From NCBI GenBank assembly GCA_964016885.1, contig OZ024741.1:142848001-142912000 (forward strand): a DNA stretch of 64,000 nt. Reading direction: 5' to 3'. Under the pieces are notes generated by a model. The model did not search any database, was not told where the DNA came from, and was given only the letters and a program-made list of their open reading frames with translations. Of this stretch, positions 15,436 through 28,311 are shown one piece after another (within the stretch, counting starts at the first letter, position 1; every line of letters starts with the position of its first letter). A program made the position numbers and the translations under genes. The DNA comes from Eledone cirrhosa (taxonomy: Eukaryota).

Positions 15436-16018
15436 GTGGGGCTATGTAGAACAACTATTGTCGCGGTTGGGACCAATCCGGTTGACCACCGAGTTCATTG
15501 TCATGATCAAACCGCCACCCTCCTTCAAAAACGAAGGAGAGGCGGTTTTCCTTTGTGTGATAGCTATGGCGAAAGAGGTTGTATGGTGGACAAGGTTGAA
15601 AGGGCTGAGGTCAGACACCTTTCTCTCCGGCCAACAACTGATTCTTTTTTTCAAATACCACTTTGGAAGAAGAATCAGGATGGAGAGAGAGGTGCTGTAC
15701 CCCAGCAAGTTTTATGAAAGGTGGGTGAAAGTGGCGAGAATGGCCCGAGTGAATGGGCCTTCTCTCTATATCAGCCTGTAGGTTGAGGAAAAGGAGGAGG
15801 AGAGGAAAGGAGTACAAGCTCTTCGTACTCCTGGAGATGAGGGTTGCACATTTTTTTCGGGGGTCTGTGTTACCCATATAAACTGTCTCCCTCTATTGGG
15901 GAAAATCGACTAACTTTTAAATTCCATCTGTGATAACATTTTACACGTTTTTATTGTATGTAAACTTCCCCCTTTGTATTTGTCCCCTTCTTTTGTGCCC
16001 CTGTGGCTAATAAAGAAA

Positions 16019-16090
<72 letters not shown>

Positions 16091-16685
16091 GTGGGGCTAT
16101 GTAGAACAACTATTGTCGCGGTTGGGACCAATCCGGTTGACCACCGAGTTCATTGTCATGATCAAACCGCCACCCTCCTTCAAAAACGAAGGAGAGGCGG
16201 TTTTCCTTTGTGTGATAGCTATGGCGAAAGAGGTTGTATGGTGGACAAGGTTGAAAGGGCTGAGGTCAGATACCTTTCTCTCCGGCCAACAACTGATTCT
16301 TTTTTTCAAATACCACTTTGGAAGAAGAATCAGGATGGAGAGAGAGGTGCTGTACCCCAGCAAGTTTTATGAAAGGTGGGTGAAAGTGGCGAGAATGGCC
16401 CGAGTGAATGGGCCTTCTCTCTATATCAGCCTGTAGGTTGAGGAAAAGAAGGAGGAGAGGAAAGGAGTACAAGCTCTTCGTACTCCTGGAGATGAGGGTT
16501 GCACATTTTTTTCGGGGGTCTGTGTTACCCATATAAACTGTCTCCCTCTATTGGGGAAAATCGACTAACTTTTAAATTCCATCTGTGATAACATTTTACA
16601 CGTTTTTATTGTATGTAAACTTCCCCCTTTGTATTTGTCCCCTTCTTTTGTGCCCCTGTGGCTAATAAAGAAATATAAAAAAATA

Positions 16686-16730
<45 letters not shown>

Positions 16731-17924
16731 GTGGGGCTATGTAGAACAACTATTGTCGCGGTTGGGACCAATCCGGTTGACCACCGAGTTCATTGTCATG
16801 ATCAAACCGCCACCCTCCTTCAAAAACGAAGGAGAGGCGGTTTTCCTTTGTGTGATAGCTATGGCGAAAGAGGTTGTATGGTGGACAAGGTTGAAAGGGC
16901 TGAGGTCAGATACCTTTCTCTCCGGCCAACAACTGATTCTTTTTTTCAAATACCACTTTGGAAGAAGAATCAGGATGGAGAGAGAGGTGCTGTACCCCAG
17001 CAAGTTTTATGAAAGGTGGGTGAAAGTGGCGAGAATGGCCCGAGTGAATGGGCCTTCTCTCTATATCAGCCTGTAGGTTGAGGAAAAGGAGGAGGAGAGG
17101 AAAGGAGTACAAGCTCTTCGTACTCCTGGAGATGAGGGTTGCACATTTTTTTCGGGGGTCTGTGTTACCCATATAAACTGTCTCCCTCTATTGGGGAAAA
17201 TCGACTAACTTTTAAATTCCATCTGTGATAACATTTTACACGTTTTTATTGTATGTAAACTTCCCCCTTTGTATTTGTCCCCTTCTTTTGTGCCCCTGTG
17301 GCTAATAAAGAAATATATCTATCTATCTGTGGGGCTATGTAGAACAACTATTGTCGCGGTTGGGACCAATCCGGTTGACCACCGAGTTCATTGTCATGAT
17401 CAAACCGCCACCCTCCTTCAAAAACGAAGGAGAGGCGGTTTTCCTTTGTGTGATAGCTATGGCGAAAGAGGTTGTATGGTGGACAAGGTTGAAAGGGCTG
17501 AGGTCAGATACCTTTCTCTCCGGCCAACAACTGATTCTTTTTTTCAAATACCACTTTGGAAGAAGAATCAGGATGGAGAGAGAGGTGCTGTACCCCAACA
17601 AGTTTTATGAAAGGTGGGTGAAAGTGGCGAGAATGGCCCGAGTGAATGGGCCTTCTCTCTATATCAGCCTGTAGGTTGAGGAAAAGGAAGAGGAGAGGAA
17701 AGGAGTACAAACTCTTCGTACTCCTGGAGATGAGGGTTGCACATTTTTTCGGGGGTATGTGTTACCCATATAAACTGTCTCCCCCTATTGGGAAAAATCG
17801 ACTAATTTTTAAATTGCATTTGTGATAATATTTTACACGTTTTTATTGTATGTAAACTTCCCCTTTGTATTTGTCCTATTCTTTTGTGCCCCTATGGCTA
17901 ATAAAGAAAAAATATCTATCTATC
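14798..17924 (+). repeat. tandem array of five near-identical Tx1 3'-end units (starts 14798, 15436, 16091, 16731, 17329)
   Basis: the same 107-aa ORF2 C-terminus recurs five times; periods 638, 655, 640, 598 bp differ only in tail length. Confidence 0.97.
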
Positions 17925-17934
17925 TTTCTTTCTG

Positions 17935-20900
17935 TCTGACGCGTGGAACATCGCCGGTATGCTTTTTTGTTAATTTCTATACAAAAAACCGAACTAATTG
18001 TTTGAAAAAACATAACATTTTGTAGATTAACCCCCAGGCTGAATTGTCAGCTGGGTGGCAATCTTATTTTTCGCCCCCAAAGGGGCGAAAATTTAATTTG
18101 AAATTAATTTGAAAACTTTAAAAATGTTTAATATTTTGCCATCAGCTATGGCAAGCGTTCAAGGAACGCTAGCGAACGTTGAAGAAGGAAAAAGAAAAGA
18201 AATAGACTTTAACGTTGCTAAAAATTCTGCCTGTATCGAGGTAGTTAACAACAAAGCTTTGTGTAACGAAAGTGAAGTAGACAACACAAACAAAATTGAA
18301 TCGCACAGTGAACCACAGTATACAACACACCAAAATCAACAGAAAAAACAATTGACACAACTACAAACGGAAAACCCGACAACCACAACAACAACAACAA
18401 CAACAAAATAACTTATACAGAAACAGTCACAAATCATAATAATAACGTTACTTCTAACTCCGCATGTATTGGCGTCACCTTGGAAACCAATATGAACAAC
18501 AAAAATAAAAACAAGATCGAACCACACACAGTACAACAGACGTAAAAAACAACAGAAAATAAAACCATTGACACAACTACAAACGGAAAACCCGACAACC
18601 ACAACAACAATAACAACAACAACAACAACAACAACACCAAAAAACTTTTGTGCAAACAGTCACCAAGACAAGATTTCACGGATCTCGATATCTCCAATGC
18701 GAAACAGATGCTCTCTGAAGCAAAGGAGTTTCTGACTTTCGGTGAAAACGGGGGATTTCAGATAAACTCAACCCCAGAAATTCGTCTGGAAACATTTCGA
18801 AGGATAATCACCTTCAGAATTGTTTCAAATGAAACAAAAAAACCAGCATTCCTCAGTCAAGGGGAAATTGAGGCAACCTTAATATATTGCCAGACATTGA
18901 CTTTATGCAGAGGGCCAAACAGTACGGGAGTATTTCGGTACTCCTCAAAAGCGAGGCCCTTGCACAAAGATATTCAGTGACGCCAATACTGTCACAAAAA
19001 TACACCTTTTTCCCTACATACCTGGGAAAAAGGACACAAAAAATTAGAGTTTCAAACATACCACCAAATATTAATATTTGGTGGATATTGGCAGGATTTT
19101 TAGAGGAGAGAAAAGACACTATTCCCTCCATCAAAAAGTCCACCAGACACACCTGGTCTGGTACAAATTTGGAGATTCTGGTGCAAATGAGCCCGGAAAG
19201 AATCTCCAAAATACCAGAAAAAGTGATGGTGGACAACAACAGCCACATAAACATTGTAGTTGAGGGACGAAAACCACATTGCTTTCGTTGCAATAGCACC
19301 ACACACCTAAAGGCCTCCTGCCCTTTACAAACACGCTCAACCAAAACAATACAAAAGAAAACACTTACCAACACCAACACCAAAGCAACCACCACCACCA
19401 CAAGTACAACGACTGACGAAACGGGCAACCACACCAAAACAAACAGACACTCAACCAACAATAACAGAAAAAACAGAGAACACCCCTGAAGAACACAGCC
19501 CCACTGCATCAAACACTACCACAAACACACACACCGAAACACCACCATCAGACAACATACCCCTACCCCACACACCTGACGATGATTATTCATCGACGGT
19601 TGAAGTTGCTTCTCCTTCTTTAAGTAAAGAAGAGGGAGAACCGCGGAAATCTAAAAAACAAAAAAAAGAGACATCACAAAACCCCCAAAACTCCAATCAC
19701 CAACACACAACCACAGACACAAACAACAACACAAACAACACCACAGTCAAACATCCACCTACCAGCAAAACCAACACCAACACCACCCCAAACACAAGCA
19801 CCCAACGTAAAAAGAAAACTCCCGGACGAACAACAAATTAAAACAACACAACAAAAAACACAAACAACAATACGCATACATCAACACAAACAACAAGAGT
19901 TTGATGGAGGTCATCTCCCAAAACCCCAAGGTGGAGACGGAGGACAAAACTTTCGTCAAAGCAGAATCGTCTCCACACCTTAAACTTATAAGGGTTTCTA
20001 TGGAGACCTATAGTGACCTAAAAAATAAATTTTCATAGGACGTGGGTAACCCCTGCTAGAAACCCATCAACCGCGTCCTGTTAAAATGTTTCCCCACCCA
20101 ACCCAACACCCCATCCAGCACCCAAATGGAGATTGAACAACCCGATCTCCAGGTAACGAAATGGTAAGTGCACCTTTTCGTCCTTTTTCTCCAATTTTTC
20201 TTCACCAACATGGCTAGTTTACGAGTTGGAAGCGTGAATATGCGTGGCCTAGGGATGCCCTGGAAGCAGGGCCAACTTTTAAACGACCTTAGGTCACACA
20301 GTATGGATGTGATAACCATCACCGAGTCCAGGATCCACAACAGGCAGCAAGTAACCCCCATCTTCGACGACTTTGAGATCTACGCATCTCTCTGTCAGCC
20401 AGGAGGTGGAGGGGGAGTTGCTGTCATGTTTCGGAAGAATCTGGACGTCGAAGTACAGCAAGTACACTTGGACCCGGATGGTAGACTGATAGTTCTAGAC
20501 GTGAACAGTATTGGAGGTGGAGCCTTCAGACTGGTGGCCGTTTATGCCCCGACCGGGCAATCGCAATCACGGCCAGACTTCTTTAAGCGTCTAGAGTCTT
20601 TTCTGGGAACGTCTCGCTCCTTACTTTTAGTGGGGGACTGGAATGGTATCCTAGATGCACGATGGGACTATGTGGGAGCATGTCCCAGTAGAGGGAGGTG
20701 CAACAGCCTCAAAACTTTAATCGACCAAGGTAAGTATCGGCCGATAGGTATCGACTGGATTTCCCGACTGCACCATAGTGGACGTGGGCAAACCGTAGCG
20801 GGACATCTAGATCGTATTTAGATAGGTTCTTCATTAGAGAGAGGGACAAGGAGATGTTAAGCAGTCCACGAATGCACATGGTTGCCTATTCAGATCACAA

Positions 20901-23875
20901 ATTAGTCGTCTGCTTAGTCAACCGTGATAGAACACATAGACAGGGACCCGGATACTGGAAGCTGAACGTGTCGTTGCCGGCACGTAAAGCTTACAGTGAA
21001 CAGATAAGTAGACTAGTCAAGCAACAGTTAACGGGAGCCATCGTCAACAATAGATGGTGGTGCTTTCTCAAGAAAGCAATTAGAATAGAATCGATAGGGT
21101 ATAGAAGAGAGTTAGCCTTAGAGAAAAACAGAATAGAAAGAGAACTAGTAGCCAAGGTAGAGGAGGCACTTAGAAGTGGCAACGCGGCTAGAGTGTTAGC
21201 GTCGAGAACGGCACTGGACCAGTTCTTCGATGCGAAACACGAAGGCTGCGTGGTCAGAAGCAAAACACGTGCTCTAGGAAACGAAGGAGCGAAAGCTGTC
21301 AGCTGGGCCCGAGTGGCGGAGGCAAAAAGTGGCAACAAGTCCACGATTCGGTCTTTGAAAGACCAAAACGGACGCGTGCTACTTGACCCCAAGCAAATGT
21401 GCGTTGCCTTTTAGCAGCACTTTGCGCGACTGTTTGAGTAGAACGACGGTGAGCCGAACGGGGCAATGGACATTAGTTCATACCTCGACGGCCTGCCGCG
21501 TCTCTCGAACACGGACGCCGAGTTCTGCGAAAGACCGGTCACGGACACTGAGATACGGGACGCTCTGGGCCGCTGCGGGAAACGCAAGTCACCCGGTCTA
21601 GATGGTCTACCCTACGAATTTTACATAGGCATGCCGGACTTGTTCTCTGGCGTCCTCGAAGCCGTCTACTGCAATTGGCAGCAGAATGGGAGAATTCCCA
21701 GTTCTGCAGGCAAGGGCGAAGTAACGCGGATCAGGAAAGACGAGAACGAGGGGGACGAAATTAACAACTTCAGGCCCATATGCTCAATACAGAGTTAAAG
21801 ATTTTGGCCAAGGTGCTAGCGACGAGGTTGGCGCTTTTCCTCGAGAACCTAGTAGTTTGCAATCTAGTAGTGTGCAATCCCGACCAGGTCCATACACGAC
21901 AACCTCTACCTCATGCGATACATCATAGGGAGGGTGGGCAGTAAACCCGGCTTCGGTGGGGCTCTGATCAATTTGGATCAGTCTAAGGCATTCGATAGGG
22001 TCGACCATCGATACTTGGAAGCGGTTTTCAAGGCGGCCGGTTTCGGTCCCGTTTTCAGAGGCTGGATCGAGGCGATGCACACCAGCATCTGCTTGAGGGT
22101 CAAGGTGAACGGCTACCTATCGGAGCCATTCGCAATCACGCGTTCCATTCGACAGGGGTGCCCTCTCTCCTCCATTCTGTATGTATTGACTTTAGAGCCA
22201 CTACTGCGGAAATTGGAGCTGTTGCAGGGTATCCCTCTAGAACCGGGACTGCGCAAAACGGCGTCGGCTTATGCCGACGACGTGACGGTAATGGTGTCGA
22301 GCACCTCGGAAATCGGGGTAATCGGCAACTTACTGAAAGAATACGAAACGCTGACGGGGGCAAAACTAAACCCGGACAAGTCTGTCGGTTTGCAACTCGG
22401 TACGTGGAGAGGCAAACCGATGACGTCCGACAGCGTCGTTGGACGCTGGACGGACGGACCGGTGAAATTGCTCGGGGTCTGGTTCGGTCCAGACCTCCAG
22501 GTGGAGAAACGAGGTCACGGCCAAGGTGTTTGCGCTCACCCAGAAGTGGGCAGAGTGCAAACTGTCCTTGAAAGGACGAGCGGAGGTGGCGAACACTTTC
22601 ATAGCGTCCGTCATCTACTACCGCTTGACTGTCGTGCCTTGTCCCCGTGAACACCTCGCCAAGATGGAACGCATGCTCTTCCAGTTTCTGTGGAAGAAGC
22701 AGGCTCCGCTGGTGGGGAGATCCGTCTGCTGTCAGCACCCTTCCAACGGAGGGCTGGAAATGCCGTGTCTGATGATGCCAAACATGCGCTGGAGCTGCGG
22801 CATCTCCAGGTATTCCTCACCGACCCCCAACCGGTGTGGGCACCGTTTGTGAGACAGGCTTTCCCACAGCTCGTCTCGCTGACGGAGCTGCAGTCCTGGG
22901 TCAAGAAAAGACCGAAAACGATGGGCGCCTGGCACATTGAATGCGCTCAGGCGCTCACAGTCCTCTGGCAAGCGGACACAGCAATCAGCGGAGACTCCAC
23001 TTCGACATTCTATAGAAGGATTGTACGTTACAAGGGCGACGACGTGCTCGGAGAGACTCTAGGCGTCGAAGACAACGAACTCACCAGTCTGTTTGGTAGG
23101 ACTTTCCGCCCGGGACCTATGGACAACTTCCAGAGGTCCCTGGTGTGGCAGTGCTACCGAGGAGCTCTACCGGTTCGTGACAAGATCTACAGGCACGGAC
23201 GCCCCGGCAGGGATCCTTCCAAGAGGGCGTGTCCAAGATGCGCGCAGAACATTGAAACAGTCCTGCACGCAATTCTACACTGCACGGGCGTAACCGACCT
23301 GTGGAACTATGCAGAACAACTGCTGTCGCGTATGGGACAAATCCAGTTGACTACCGAGTCCATAGTAAGGATCAAACCGCCAACCTCTTTCAAAGACGAA
23401 AGAGAGGCGGATTTCCTCTGTACAGTGGCTATGATGAAAGAAGTTATATGGTGGACGAGGTTGAGAGGACTGAGGACAGATGCCTTTCTCTCCGGACAAC
23501 AATTGATTCCCTTCTTTAAGTATCACTTTAGAAGAAGAATCAGAGTGGAGAGAGGCACTGTACACTAGTAAATTTACTGAAAGGTGGGTGAATGAAGCGA
23601 AAATAGCCCGAGTTATTGGGCCTTCTCTGTTTATAAGCCTGTAGTTTAAAGAGAGCAAAAGGAAGAAAGGAGCACTTGCACAACACGCTCCTGAAGTTGA
23701 GGGTTGTTCTATCGACGGGGTATTAAACAACCCATTTGTGGTGCTTCCCCCTATTGGGGATTTCGATTGTTGTAATTGTTTGTTTTTATATTTTTTACAC
23801 GACTGTATGTAAAATCCCCGGCATGTCTTTGTATTGTCCCCTTTTCTTGTGACTAATAAAGAAATATATCTATCG
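17935..23875 (+). mobile_element. near full-length Tx1 LINE (5'UTR, ORF1, ORF2, 3'UTR), decayed
   Basis: ORF1 ~18124-20167 with CFRCNSTTHLKASC knuckle and Thr/Asn-rich tracts; ORF2 from ATG 20210 to ~23645 with APE, RT (YADD), zinc finger; tail TATCTATC. Confidence 0.92.
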
Positions 23876-26390
23876 ATAGTAGGATGTACACAATTTAGCT
23901 GGTAAGTTTCTGTCAATTTATTTATAAAAAACAGAAATTCTTGTTTAAAAAAAACATTCTTTTGTAGATTAACCCCCAGGCTGAATTGTCAGCTGGGTGG
24001 CAATCTCATTTTTCGCCCCAATAGGGGCGAACATTTAATTTGAAAAACTGTTAAAAAATGTTTAATATTTTGCCATCAGCAATGGCTAGTGTAGAAGGAA
24101 CGCTAGCGAGCGTTGAGAAAGAAAAAAGAAAGAAAGGAATAGACTTTAACGTTGCTACGAGCTCTGCCTGTATCAATGAAACAACTAATAAGGACAACAC
24201 AGTTTTGTTTCACGAAAGTGAAATTGGCAATTAAAACAAAATTGAACCACACAGTGTACAACATACATAAAAAACAACAGAAAATAAAACAATTGACACA
24301 ACTACAAACGGAGAAAATGACAACCACAACAACAACAACAAAACACCAAAAAAGTCACTTTTACAGAAACAGTCACAAATGAAGTAAACTTTAACGTTGC
24401 TTCAAGCTCTGCATGTATCGGTGTCACTATGGAAGCCAATAAGGGCAACAAAGTTTTGTTTCACGAAAGTGAATTATGTAATAAAAACAAAATTGAACCA
24501 CGCAGTGTACAACAGACGTAAAAAACAACAGAAAATAAAACAATTGATACAACTACAAACGGAAAAACCGACAACCACAACAACAACAACACAAAAAAAA
24601 AAACTTTTGCACAAATCATGAACAAACAAGATTTCAAGGATCTCGATATCTCCAATGCGAGACATATGCTCTCTGAAGCAAAGGAGTTTATCATTTTCGG
24701 AGAAAACGGTGGGTTAAAATAAACTCACCCCCAGAAATTCGTCTTGAAACACTTCGAAGGACAGTTACCTTCAGAACTGTTTCAAACGAAACAAGAAAAC
24801 CGGCATTCCTCAGTCAAGGGGAAATTGAAGCAACCTTGAAGGAGCAAAGGGCCAAACAATATGGAAGCATTTCGGCGCTCCTCAAAAGCGAGGCCCTCGC
24901 ACAGAAGTATTCAGTGATGCCGATCAGTTCGAACAAATACACCTTTTTCCCTACTTACCTGAGAAAAAGAACTCAGAAGATCAAAATATCCAACATACCA
25001 CCAAATATTAATATTTGGTGGATATTAGCAGGTTTTTTTAGATGAGGAACAGGACACCATTCTCTCCATCAAGAAGTCAACCAGACACACGTGGTCTGGT
25101 ACAAATTTGAAGATTCTGGTGCAAATGAGACCGGGGAGAATCTCCAAAATACCCGAAAAAGTCTTGGTCGACAACAACAGCCCCATAAACATTTCAGTTG
25201 AAGGGGGGAGACCACACTGCTTTCGGTGTAACAGCACATCACATCTAAAGGCCTCCTGCCCTTTACAGACACGCTTTAATAAAAAAAATCTAAAGTAAAT
25301 AGTGTTACCAACATCAACACCAAAACAGCCACCACCACCACCACCACCACCACCACCACCACCACAACACACAAAACAAGCAAACACACCAAAAACAAAC
25401 AGCCACTCAACCAACAACAACAGAAAAAACACAGACAACTCCCTCGAAAAACACAGTCCCACCCCAATCCACTCCACCCAACACTACCGCAAACACACAG
25501 CCTCGAATAAAAAAAACAAAAAAATAGGCACCACAAAGCCACAAAAACACCAATCACCAACACCAACACACAACCACCGACACAAACAATAACACAAACA
25601 ACACCACAATCAAGCATCCCCCTACCAGCAAAACCAACACCAACACCACCCCAAACACAAGAACCCACCATAAAAAGAAACCTCCCGGACGAACAACAAA
25701 CAAAAATAACACAACAAAAACACAAACAACAATACGCATACGTCAACATCAACAAGAATTTGATGGTGGTCATCTCCAAAAACCCCAAGGTGGAGACCGA
25801 GGGTAAAACTTTCGTGAAAGCGAAATCGTCTCCACACCTCAAACTCATAAGGGTTTCCATGGAAACCTATAGTGACCTAAAAAATGAATTTTCGCAGGAC
25901 GTGGGCAACCCCTGTCAAAAACTAATCAACCGCGTCCTGTTAAAATGTTTCCCCACCCCACCCAACTTAGGTCACACGATATGGATGTGATAGCCATCAC
26001 CGAGTCCAGGATCCACAACAGGCAGCAGCTAACCCTCATCTTCAATGACTTTGAGATCTACGCATCTCTCTGTAAGCCAGGAGGTGGAGGGGAAGTGGCT
26101 ATCATGTTTCGGAAAAACCTGGACCTCGAAGTACAGCAAGTACACTTGAACCCGGAGGGTAGACTAGTAGTCCTAGACGTGAACAGTGTTGGAGGTGGAG
26201 TCTTCAGACTGGTGGCCGTTTATGCCCCGACTGGGCTATCGCGGCCAGACTTCTTTATGCATCTAGAGTCTTTTCTGGGAACGTCTCGTTCCTTGCTTTT
26301 AGTGGGGGACTGGATGGGACTATGTAGGATCATGTCCCAGTAGAGGCGGGTGCAACAGCTTCAAAAATTTAATCGGCCAATTTATCAAGA
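23876..26390 (+). mobile_element. Tx1 LINE 5' half (5'UTR, ORF1, start of APE), 3'-truncated
   Basis: paralogous to 17935-20730; CFRCNSTSHLKASC; ~180-bp deletion across the ORF1/ORF2 junction. Confidence 0.9.
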
Positions 26391-26770
26391 TGAGCCTCAA
26401 GGATATGTACTTTGGGGGACATCCTGCAACTCATTTTGCCGAAGTGCTTCACCAGGGTCTCAACAAGCTCCATATAATGTTCGGCCTTGTGATTCCCCAG
26501 GAAGCCCCGAACTACTGCAACAAAGCTGTTCCATGTTGCTTCCTCTGTTTTAGTGAGCTTCTTGGGGAATTCCTTGCACTCCATGAGCTTCCTTATTTGT
26601 GGTCCGACCAAGACATCCGCTTCCCCTTTTGCCTCAGACAGCTTAGGGAAGAAGTCTCAAAGGTACTCGAAGGCTGCCAACTGCTTATCTAGAGCTGTGA
26701 CAAACTGTTTCATAAGGCCCAAATTTAAGTGAAGTGGTGGGAACAATACCTTCCGGGGATCAACCTGTGG
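26385..26770 (-). mobile_element. DNA transposase fragment, probably CMC/Chapaev3-like
   Basis: PPLHLNLGLMKQFV..ALD and VGPQIRKLM..W.SF..V..FLGN..MS.KVH.L..HLD motifs; superfamily assignment from memory. Confidence 0.55.
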
Positions 26771-27092
26771 CTGTCCAAGTTACAAAAGCAAAGTTAGAGG
26801 AGAATAATAGTCTTTTCCTGCTTTCTAGGCAGAAGAAATCAGGAAATAGCACTTATTGACCAAAGACAAAAAACATGTGAAATCTTTGTTACATAATGTA
26901 ATCAAGTGGTATTAATTCGATTTGTGTTGTCACATCGATTAAATTCGAAAACATTAACGAAGTTTACAATAATGAAAGTATTATATTCACTTCGTCACTT
27001 TCAAATAATCGTAATAGAAAAAAAATAACACAATCGTAATCTATACCTTCGAAAACGTATTAATAAAATAATATGCAAAGTCAGGTTGCAGT

Positions 27093-27342
27093 TACCTATC
27101 ATCTGCCTTCTTCCTGTATCTATCGTCTGCTTTCTCCATTTCCCTATCGTCTGCTTTCGTTTACCTATCGTCTACTTTCTCCATTTGCCTATCGTCTGCG
27201 TTCTTCATTTACCTATCGTCTATGCCCTTTATTTCCCTATTGTCTGCCTTCTTCTTTACCCTATCCCTGCTTTCTCCATTCACCTATCGTTTGTCTTTTC
27301 CATTTACTACCTATCGTCTGACTTCTCCATTTCCATATCGTC
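27093..27342. repeat. degenerate ~22-bp minisatellite (CCTATCGTCTGCTTTCTCCATT-like)
   Basis: about 11 imperfect units. Confidence 0.85.
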
Positions 27343-27574
27343 ACATGTTATCTGTTCTGATTCTTTTTCTTTTTTTCTTCTTCCCACGTCCGTTCATACA
27401 TTCTCCAGATGTCGACTGACTGAAAAACTGTTCACGTTTCAATAACAATCAAGTAAATACCAAAATGCGTGTGAAAAAAGACAGGTGAGATCCTGATTGT
27501 TTTTATGTCAGCACAGTTTTCTCTCTTTATTTTTCTATTTCTCTTTCCTTCTTTTTCTTTCTCTCTCACACGAA

Positions 27575-27786
<212 letters not shown>

Positions 27787-28169
27787 CATGCCTGATTGTT
27801 CGTGCCGAGTTGTGTTGCATATATGAGGTGAATGAGATATGTATGTACGTTTTTCTCATCGGATTAAATTCACCGATGAATAATTCCTATTCATTGTTCA
27901 TTCTTATTAATATAAAGAAATCACGAAAGGGTTGTTTAAGAGTGTAATCCTCTCCCTCTCTCTCTATCTCTATCTACCATCAACACAACCTCCACCAAAA
28001 CTACCACCACCACCACTAATAAGACCACTGCAAACGGCAACACCGCCACCAACAAAAACAGCACCGAGTAGTGGTGGTGGTGATGGTTTTAAAACCAAAA
28101 AATGTTCTACTTTCCGTTGGAAAATGTTTACTTTTAATTGGAAAATGATGTATAAATACATAAATACAT

Positions 28170-28311
<142 letters not shown>

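Noticed and set aside
14798-17924. CRISPR-like or tandem gene array
   Set aside because: Units are near-identical LINE ORF2 3' ends with no unique spacers and no cas genes; eukaryotic context
25960-25985. ORF1-ORF2 fusion by splicing in the 3'-truncated Tx1 copy
   Set aside because: The deleted segment is not bounded by GT..AG; ordinary deletion
13768-26390. Telomeric retrotransposon array
   Set aside because: No TTAGGG-type repeats seen, and ordinary sequence continues on both sides
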